From: Eledone cirrhosa
Taxonomy: Eukaryota
Assembly: GCA_964016885.1 (NCBI GenBank)
Contig: OZ024746.1
Span: forward strand, 73,346,001-73,410,000
Direction: 5' to 3'
DNA: 64,000 bases
The notes below the pieces were generated by a model. That model was not told where the DNA came from. It did no database searches and was given only the letters and a program-made list of their open reading frames with translations. Each line of letters starts with the position of its first letter. The stretch's first letter is position 1. The position numbers and the translations under genes are program-made. Shown piece after piece: positions 54,549 through 64,000 of this stretch.

Positions 54549-54983
54549 ATTCGAGGTTGACTTTACCTTTCATCCTTACGGGGTCGATAAAATAAAGTAC
54601 CAGTAATGCACTGGGTAATTGCTGGCCTTGTGCCTAAAGTAGAAACAATTATTATTAAAGGACTTGAACATCTGAAACTACTTCGCTTTTCCTTATTCGA
54701 TATTTACTCCGTCACTCCTATGTGGAATAAGTACGTTGAGTGCTTGAATTGAATTGCATCAATATTTACCCTAAGTATATATATATATATATATAGATAA
54801 TTTAATATATCAACTAACATAAGCGCACAGATGCACGCCCATGCCAGCAAATACACAGGTTATGTCATAGTACCTAGGTGGTTCAATGCAGGAGAATGCA
54901 GAACAATAATATAAAGGACGTAAAATAAAAAAATATTTTTTTAAAAAAAATTTAAAAAAAATTTTTTTCTTACTTAAATTTTC

Positions 54984-55065
54984 ACTCCAACTAATTAGTT
55001 TCTGCAATGGGATAAAGACAGTTACGTAATTCAACTGTCGAGAATTCATTGCGTCATCAGGAAGT
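54984..55065 (-). ncRNA. Array hammerhead (identical copies at 55542-55623, 56100-56181, 56658-56739, 57218-57299, 57776-57857)
   Basis: Reverse complement of the 58597-58678 motif. Confidence 0.85.
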
Positions 55066-58000
55066 CTATTCTCAGTTAAGTCTCCAGGCAATGCGCGGAC
55101 ACTGGCGGCTCATATAAAAATAATAATAATTCGGTAGATCGAACAGCTTGCGAGGACTGAATTCTATGTACCGAAATTCTCACTGCTTCAAGTCAAATGG
55201 CCGATTCTAAAGAATCAATCACGTGACACAGAGGCTAGTTAGAAGGAATGGGATGGTAAGATGACTGACGCCTACTAACACCCCAAAAAAAATTTTTTTA
55301 GAAGTGGTTTTGACAAGTTTGCTCGACAAATCAGTGATTTGGAGATAAATATAGATAATTTAATATATCAACTAACATAAGCGCACAGATGCACGCCCAT
55401 GCCAGCAAATACACAGGTTATGTCATAGTACCTAGGTGGTTCAATGCAGGAGAATGCAGAACAATAATATAAAGGACGTAAAATAAAAAAATATTTTTTT
55501 TAAAAAAATTTAAAAAAAATTTTTTTCTTACTTAAATTTTCACTCCAACTAATTAGTTTCTGCAATGGGATAAAGACAGTTACGTAATTCAACTGTCGAG
55601 AATTCATTGCGTCATCAGGAAGTCTATTCTCAGTTAAGTCTCCAGGCAATGCGCGGACACTGGCGGCTCATATAAAAATAATAATAATTCGGTAGATCGA
55701 ACAGCTTGCGAGGACTGAATTCTATGTACCGAAATTCTCACTGCTTCAAGTCAAATGGCCGATTCTAAAGAATCAATCACGTGACACAGAGGCTAGTTAG
55801 AAGGAATGGGATGGTAAGATGACTGACGCCTACTAACACCCCAAAAAAAATTTTTTTAGAAGTGGTTTTGACAAGTTTGCTCGACAAATCAGTGATTTGG
55901 AGATAAATATAGATAATTTAATATATCAACTAACATAAGCGCACAGATGCACGCCCATGCCAGCAAATACACAGGTTATGTCATAGTACCTAGGTGGTTC
56001 AATGCAGGAGAATGCAGAACAATAATATAAAGGACGTAAAATAAAAAAATATTTTTTTAAAAAAAATTTAAAAAAAATTTTTTTCTTACTTAAATTTTCA
56101 CTCCAACTAATTAGTTTCTGCAATGGGATAAAGACAGTTACGTAATTCAACTGTCGAGAATTCATTGCGTCATCAGGAAGTCTATTCTCAGTTAAGTCTC
56201 CAGGCAATGCGCGGACACTGGCGGCTCATATAAAAATAATAATAATTCGGTAGATCGAACAGCTTGCGAGGACTGAATTCTATGTACCGAAATTCTCACT
56301 GCTTCAAGTCAAATGGCCGATTCTAAAGAATCAATCACGTGACACAGAGGCTAGTTAGAAGGAATGGGATGGTAAGATGACTGACGCCTACTAACACCCC
56401 AAAAAAAATTTTTTTAGAAGTGGTTTTGACAAGTTTGCTCGACAAATCAGTGATTTGGAGATAAATATAGATAATTTAATATATCAACTAACATAAGCGC
56501 ACAGATGCACGCCCATGCCAGCAAATACACAGGTTATGTCATAGTACCTAGGTGGTTCAATGCAGGAGAATGCAGAACAATAATATAAAGGACGTAAAAT
56601 AAAAAAATATTTTTTTAAAAAAAATTTAAAAAAAATTTTTTTCTTACTTAAATTTTCACTCCAACTAATTAGTTTCTGCAATGGGATAAAGACAGTTACG
56701 TAATTCAACTGTCGAGAATTCATTGCGTCATCAGGAAGTCTATTCTCAGTTAAGTCTCCAGGCAATGCGCGGACACTGGCGGCTCATATAAAAATAATAA
56801 TAATTCGGTAGATCGAACAGCTTGCGAGGACTGAATTCTATGTACCGAAATTCTCACTGCTTCAAGTCAAATGGCCGATTCTAAAGAATCAATCACGTGA
56901 CACAGAGGCTAGTTAGAAGGAATGGGATGGTAAGATGACTGACGCCTACTAACACCCCAAAAAAAATTTTTTTAGAAGTGGTTTTGACAAGTTTGCTCGA
57001 CAAATCAGTGATTTGGAGATAAATATAGATAATTTAATATATCAACTAACATAAGCGCACAGATGCACGCCCATGCCAGCAAATACACAGGTTATGTCAT
57101 AGTACCTAGGTGGTTCAATGCAGGAGAATGCAGAACAATAATATAAAGGACGTAAAATAAAAAAATATATTTTTTTAAAAAAAATTTAAAAAAAATTTTT
57201 TTCTTACTTAAATTTTCACTCCAACTAATTAGTTTCTGCAATGGGATAAAGACAGTTACGTAATTCAACTGTCGAGAATTCATTGCGTCATCAGGAAGTC
57301 TATTCTCAGTTAAGTCTCCAGGCAATGCGCGGACACTGGCGGCTCATATAAAAATAATAATAATTCGGTAGATCGAACAGCTTGCGAGGACTGAATTCTA
57401 TGTACCGAAATTCTCACTGCTTCAAGTCAAATGGCCGATTCTAAAGAATCAATCACGTGACACAGAGGCTAGTTAGAAGGAATGGGATGGTAAGATGACT
57501 GACGCCTACTAACACCCCAAAAAAAATTTTTTTAGAAGTGGTTTTGACAAGTTTGCTCGACAAATCAGTGATTTGGAGATAAATATAGATAATTTAATAT
57601 ATCAACTAACATAAGCGCACAGATGCACGCCCATGCCAGCAAATACACAGGTTATGTCATAGTACCTAGGTGGTTCAATGCAGGAGAATGCAGAACAATA
57701 ATATAAAGGACGTAAAATAAAAAAATATTTTTTTAAAAAAAATTTAAAAAAAATTTTTTTCTTACTTAAATTTTCACTCCAACTAATTAGTTTCTGCAAT
57801 GGGATAAAGACAGTTACGTAATTCAACTGTCGAGAATTCATTGCGTCATCAGGAAGTCTATTCTCAGTTAAGTCTCCAGGCAATGCGCGGACACTGGCGG
57901 CTCATATAAAAATAATAATAATTCGGTAGATCGAACAGCTTGCGAGGACTGAATTCTATGTACCGAAATTCTCACTGCTTCAAGTCAAATGGCCGATTCT

Positions 58001-58596
58001 AAAGAATCAATCACGTGACACAGAGGCTAGTTAGAAGGAATGGGATGGTAAGATGACTGACGCCTACTAACACCCCAAAAAAAATTTTTTTAGAAGTGGT
58101 TTTGACAAGTTTGCTCGACAAATCAGTGATTTGGAGATAAATATAGATAATTTAATATATCAACTAACATAAGCGCACAGATGCACGCCCATGCCAGCAA
58201 ATACACAGGTTATGTCATAGTACCTAGGTGGTTCAATGCAGGAGAATGCAGAACAATAATATAAAGGACGTAAAATAAAAAAATATTTAGTTGATATATT
58301 AAATTATCTATATTTATCTCCAAATCACTGATTTGTCGAGCAAACTTGTCAAAACCACTTCTAAAAAAATTTTTTTTGGGGTGTTAGTAGGCGTCAGTCA
58401 TCTTACCATCCCATTCCTTCTAACTAGCCTCTGTGTCACGTGATTGATTCTTTAGAATCGGCCATTTGACTTGAAGCAGTGAGAATTTCGGTACATAGAA
58501 TTCAGTCCTCGCAAGCTGTTCGATCTACCGAATTATTATTATTTTTATATGAGCCGCCAGTGTCCGCGCATTGCCTGGAGACTTAACTGAGAATAG

Positions 58597-58678
58597 ACTT
58601 CCTGATGACGCAATGAATTCTCGACAGTTGAATTACGTAACTGTCTTTATCCCATTGCAGAAACTAATTAGTTGGAGT
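58597..58678 (+). ncRNA. Array hammerhead in the inverted arm (second copy 59155-59236)
   Basis: acttc-CTGATGA-c gcaatg aattctc gacagtt gaattacgt aactgtc tttatcc cattgc a-GAAA-ctaattag-TT-ggagt. Confidence 0.85.
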
Positions 58679-59303
58679 GAAAATTTAAGTAAGAAAAAAA
58701 TTTTTTTTAAATTTTTTTTAAAAAAATATTTTTTTATTTTACGTCCTTTATATTATTGTTCTGCATTCTCCTGCATTGAACCACCTAGGTACTATGACAT
58801 AACCTGTGTATTTGCTGGCATGGGCGTGCATCTGTGCGCTTATGTTAGTTGATATATTAAATTATCTATATTTATCTCCAAATCACTGATTTGTCGAGCA
58901 AACTTGTCAAAACCACTTCTAAAAAAATTTTTTTTGGGGTGTTAGTAGGCGTCAGTCATCTTACCATCCCATTCCTTCTAACTAGCCTCTGTGTCACGTG
59001 ATTGATTCTTTAGAATCGGCCATTTGACTTGAAGCAGTGAGAATTTCGGTACATAGAATTCAGTCCTCGCAAGCTGTTCGATCTACCGAATTATTATTAT
59101 TTTTATATGAGCCGCCAGTGTCCGCGCATTGCCTGGAGACTTAACTGAGAATAGACTTCCTGATGACGCAATGAATTCTCGACAGTTGAATTACGTAACT
59201 GTCTTTATCCCATTGCAGAAACTAATTAGTTGGAGTGAAAATTTAAGTAAGAAAAAAATTTTTTTTAAATTTTTTTTAAAAAAATATTTTTTTATTTTAC
59301 GTC

Positions 59304-59415
<112 letters not shown>

Positions 59416-59549
59416 AAAATGTATGACCCCGACGGCAGAGCTCAAGCCGTCGGGGTCATACATTTTTCTATTACCCACTCTACTACCCTAAGTATTGAGT
59501 ACTCTAGTGCGTTATGGTCTATATGGTTCCTTACCACGACTCCTTCGTT

Positions 59550-59554
59550 ATATA

Positions 59555-59604
<50 letters not shown>

Positions 59605-59617
59605 TATATACATATAT

Positions 59618-59695
<78 letters not shown>

Positions 59696-59846
59696 TATAT
59701 ATATATTATAAGAACAGGTTAAAGGTTAAGCAAAGAATCGGTGTTTTCACCTTAATAGGGTCTGCTGAAACTCACAGTTTCAGAAGATCCCGTTATACAT
59801 ATATATACATATATATACACATATATATACACATATATATATAGAG

Positions 59847-59942
<96 letters not shown>

Positions 59943-60109
59943 GTATATATATATATGTATATATATGTATATATATATACATATATATATATATGTATAT
60001 ATATGTATATATATATATGTATATATATATATGTATATATATATATGTATATATATGTATATATATATATATGTATATATATATATGTATATATATATAT
60101 GTATATATA

Positions 60110-60141
<32 letters not shown>

Positions 60142-60214
60142 CATGTATATATATACATATATACATATATATATACATATATATATACATATATATATAC
60201 ATATATATATATAT

Positions 60215-60277
<63 letters not shown>
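59550..60277. repeat. Long interrupted (TA)n/(TATG) tract
   Basis: Direct reading. It hosts several small inserts. Confidence 0.9.
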
Positions 60278-60281
<4 letters not shown>

Positions 60282-60782
60282 GAACAGGTTATAATAACAG
60301 GTGTATTATTGGTTGTGTCATACGGTCCAATAACCGTTTGTTAGCAATATTATGTTGTCCACGCTTTTGTATATCTCCAATTCCATTTATGGGAACAGCT
60401 CGATGATGTTTTGTATCAAAATAAAGATCCGAAGACATGGTATAAATTTCAAATCATTTTAATCACGACACATGTTTCAATAAGAGATAGATCGATCGTG
60501 CGGTCATGATCGATTATCACTGATCTCATCAGATGAATAATGAAATGTCTTCAAATTGTTGATATGAGGGAGGAAAACTAACGATTGGGGAACAAAACTC
60601 TAGTGAGTGAACATCGTTAGTTTTTCCTTCCTCATATCAAAGATTTGAAGACATTTCATTATTCACCTGATGAGATCAGTGATAATCGATCATGACCACA
60701 CGATCGATCTATCTCTTATTGAAACATGTGTCGAGATTAAAATGATTGGAAATTTATACCATGCCTTCAGATCTTTATTTTG

Positions 60783-60785
<3 letters not shown>
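60278..60785. mobile_element. Head-to-head foldback insert with two hammerheads (60463-60536 -, 60663-60736 +)
   Basis: 60414-60585 is inverted against 60612-60785. tca(c/t)-CTGATGA-gat..atcgatc/gatcgat..att-GAAA-catgtg-TC-g(t/a)ga. Confidence 0.78.
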
Positions 60786-60814
<29 letters not shown>

Positions 60815-61137
60815 ATATATATACATCCGAAAAGAAGTAAGTGACATAGTCACTACTTTAAAAATGATAGCGTAAGGTCTTCAAAATGTTTTTAATTAAA
60901 CATACGGTATATTGCCAAATATACTATGCATACATTCATATATACATCTCTATTTCAGAGCACCAATCCTAATACTTAATTTTTGCTGGACCGACAATTG
61001 CTCTGTATAATCAGCTCCTGATTATTACTGGAATTCTATAAGAATCCAGCAGTACATGCCAACAGCATGAAACAGGCTGTTAGCTTCTCTGCCTTCTTTC
61101 GCCGAAAATAAGTGACATAGTCACTAATTTAAAAATG

Positions 61138-61192
<55 letters not shown>

Positions 61193-61518
61193 TGTATACA
61201 TATATATATATACATATATGTATATATATATATATATATATATAAATATATACACATATATGTATATATATGTATATATATATATATATATATATGTATA
61301 TGTGTATATATATATATATATGGGAAAATGTTCAAACCCCGACGGCAGAGCTCAAGCTGTTTCAACGGCTAATTCTGGACTCCAGAAATAGCCTTCGGGG
61401 TTTTGAACATTTTCCTATCACCCACTCTACTACCCTAAGTATTGAGTACTCTGGTGTGTTATGGTCCACCTGGTTCCTTACCACACTTCCTTCGTTATAT
61501 ATATATATATAACGAAGG

Positions 61519-61595
<77 letters not shown>

Positions 61596-61750
61596 AAAAG
61601 AAATCATCGAAAATGCAACTGGAGTATTTTAAAGAATATTTATTTATTTCCTTTACCGGTTTCACATTTCTTAAGTTTTTCAAAAGTAAAATTGAGATGG
61701 CGTGTTTGTGGTTTGTCTCACATATATACACAGAGAGATAGGAAAGAGAG

Positions 61751-61834
<84 letters not shown>

Positions 61835-62360
61835 ATAGACAGATAAACATAGACACACACAGCCATGCAAGGAATACAAACAATACTGCATGAAAATACA
61901 TACACGTATGTGTATGAAAATAAATAGAAATACGTGTGCATATTCAGAAATAGTTTCAATTATCTGAATTCATTTGTTCCTATTAAACTAATTGTAAAAG
62001 TGAAGCTATGTAAAATATAACTACTTTGCTGGGTAGAGCATATATTCTTCACTTCAACGCATTCACATATTCACCCCACCCACCCCTCACACACACACAT
62101 ACACACACCACGGATAAAGCGTCTTGATCAAGGCCACCACTCGTCGTCCGATTTGGGAACCGAACTCACGACCTTGCAATTGTGACCTTAACCATATTCA
62201 TATATACCTGCATGCATACCTACCAACCTACATACATACATGCATACACACACACGCTCTCTCTCTCACACACACACACATATATGTGTTTATATATATA
62301 TATATACACACACACATGTGTATATATATATATAAACCACAGACCCTCCATCTCAACTCA

Positions 62361-62398
62361 CCTTTTGAAAAGCAGAAGAACTGCGAAACCGGTAAAGG
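62361..62398 (+). ncRNA. Family B U3-A8 hammerhead
   Basis: Identical to 10601-10638. The diverged copy at 61650-61687 (-) keeps TTGAAAA and GAAACCGGTA. Confidence 0.7.
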
Positions 62399-62533
62399 AA
62401 CCAAATAAATATATATATATTTTTTTTTTTAAATAAGACTTCAGTTGCATTTTCGATTTCATCTCTTTTTCTTTATACTTCCACTCGTGTAGGACACCTC
62501 GGTTATTTTTCATTTTGTAAAAAAAACCCTCAC

Positions 62534-62611
<78 letters not shown>

Positions 62612-62642
62612 GTAGATATATACACACATACACGCGCGCACG

Positions 62643-62718
<76 letters not shown>

Positions 62719-62827
62719 GTAATAATAATAAATTTGAAGACTAAAATCCAAAGAGGGCTCGATAAGGATAAATATATATCAAATATATAAGAACCGTAGA
62801 GCAAATATTTATTAAATAACAGGTTAA

Positions 62828-62878
62828 AGTTTAAGCAAAGAATTGCTGCTTTCACCCTTAACGGGATCTTCTGAAACT
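62828..62878 (-). ncRNA. Hammerhead-like motif with CAGAAGA (U4A) core in the inverted pLTR (family G)
   Basis: agttt-CAGAAGA-tccc gttaa gggt-GAAA-gca gcaattctt tgc-TT-aaact. All three stems pair. Confidence 0.58.
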
Positions 62879-63207
62879 AACAAAGTCAATCTGTAAACGC
62901 AGAAGTGGATATTTCAAAAAACGTTGCAACCGGAGGAAGACAGGAAGACGATACTTTGGTTCGTGAAAACGTTCCCTGGCAAAGAACGGGAAAAAACGAA
63001 TATAATACGTCCTTAATAGGAGCGGTGAAAAACAATTACACGCAAAGACAGAACCACGTTTATGGTATAAAAGAAGTCTGCTCTATGGTTCTTATATATT
63101 TGATATATATTTATCCTTATCGAGCCCTCTTTGGATTTTAGTCTTCAAATTTATTATTATTACTATTTGGCTCCTTCGGTTGAGCACTCTATTGACTTAT
63201 ATTCATC

Positions 63208-64000
63208 ATGCAGAAACAACATCTGAATATTTCTACAAAGAACATACCCGTACCAAGCAGGAAAACATACCTAAAACTTCTGATACAGAAAACAGGCGCG
63301 TTCATTAAAAGGTTGCGTTGGCGTGCCTTTTATTTCGATAATCCGCGAAAAGCTGACAACAAACAGGATAAATTTGGGTTTAAAACCTATAATAACCCTC
63401 CGTGTAACCCAGCATTGCTACCCTTTGAAAATGATTTCTTGGAACTCATACGGAGTATGAAATTTCGGAATAGGAGCAATTCCTTCCAGCAGGACCTGAA
63501 GAATAGAATTCGTTCTATTAAGGATTCTAATGCCGTGCACGTCCATTCCGACAAAACTGGCAATCTATATCAAGTGGAGAGCAGTACTTACCATCAACTA
63601 CTACATAATGCTGTAACTAAGGATTACCGTAAAACTAATCGGTACGTCATCAATGAAATCAACGATGCTGGGTTTAAAATCACCTCTGATCTCAACATCC
63701 TAGACCGGACCGAACCTCTGGACCCTATTTCTCCCCACTTTACCCTGAAGGATCACAAATCCAATTTTCCGAACAACCCCTCTATTAGGCTTATTAACCC
63801 TACGAAGTCCGATTTAGGTAGACTTAGTAAAAGGATTCTTGATAGAATTATACCTGAAATTAGAAGTTTGGCCCCTCTTGCACTGTGGAACAATTCTTTC
63901 GCGGTGATTGATTGGTTCAACGGCATATGTAACAAGGAACATTGCCGTTTTATCCAATTCGACATCAATAATTACTACTCCTCCATCACTTTACCACTTC
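63208..64000 (+). CDS. Naiad-type PLE reverse transcriptase N-terminus (open to window end; absent from the ORF track)
   Basis: MQKQHLNISTKNIPVPSRKTY...FIKRLRWRAFYF...FGFKT...SDKTGNLY...FTLKDHKSNFPNNPSIRLINPTKSDLGRLSKRILD...FIQFDINNYYSSIT. 264 codons without a stop. Homologous to 2280-2448 (-). Confidence 0.92.
   Translation, partial: MQKQHLNISTKNIPVPSRKTYLKLLIQKTGAFIKRLRWRAFYFDNPRKADNKQDKFGFKTYNNPPCNPALLPFENDFLELIRSMKFRNRSNSFQQDLKNRIRSIKDSNAVHVHSDKTGNLYQVESSTYHQLLHNAVTKDYRKTNRYVINEINDAGFKITSDLNILDRTEPLDPISPHFTLKDHKSNFPNNPSIRLINPTKSDLGRLSKRILDRIIPEIRSLAPLALWNNSFAVIDWFNGICNKEHCRFIQFDINNYYSSITLPL

Larger units (their letters stand above)
53225..54775. mobile_element. Head-to-head pLTR-like element (family F); each arm has a hammerhead followed by a SINE
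   Basis: 53225-53543 is inverted against 54476-54703. SINEs at 53272-53465 (-) and 54551-54657 (+). Both ends abut (TA)n. Confidence 0.8.
62717..64000 (+). mobile_element. 5' part of a probably full-length Naiad-type PLE with an inverted 5' pLTR
   Basis: 62717-62803 is the reverse complement of ~63079-63165. It starts at (TA)n and leads into an open RT ORF. Confidence 0.88.

Overview
AT-rich, microsatellite-laden animal DNA with no confidently identifiable host gene. The repeat and SINE style suggests an octopod cephalopod, but that is inference. Most ORF-track entries are translations of (TA)n/(CA)n tracts. The real content is transposon biology centred on Penelope-like elements (PLEs). There is a very recent head-to-head inverted Naiad-type PLE at 1-4826 (RT with YRDD, CxCx5CPLx3C linker, GIY-YIG endonuclease). 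A second Naiad-type element has an open ORF from 63208 running off the window. Many short non-coding pLTR-like inserts sit inside (TA)n tracts. Reading by hand finds about 28 type I hammerhead ribozyme (HHR) motifs from roughly 11 unrelated sequence families. The standout is a 4.5 kb array of near-identical 558-bp units at 54792-59308, each with an HHR, with an internal inversion. It looks like a retrozyme-like concatemer copied from a circular RNA. Two HHR families carry fixed catalytic-core variants (compensatory U3-A8, and U4A). Also present: about 20 copies of a tRNA-derived SINE (several with 14-16 bp TSDs), fossils of Chapaev3, Tc1/mariner, RTE and R4/Dong-like elements, a 3.2 kb CA-rich minisatellite and one weak host-exon candidate. 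All RNA structures were paired by eye; none is computationally or experimentally validated.
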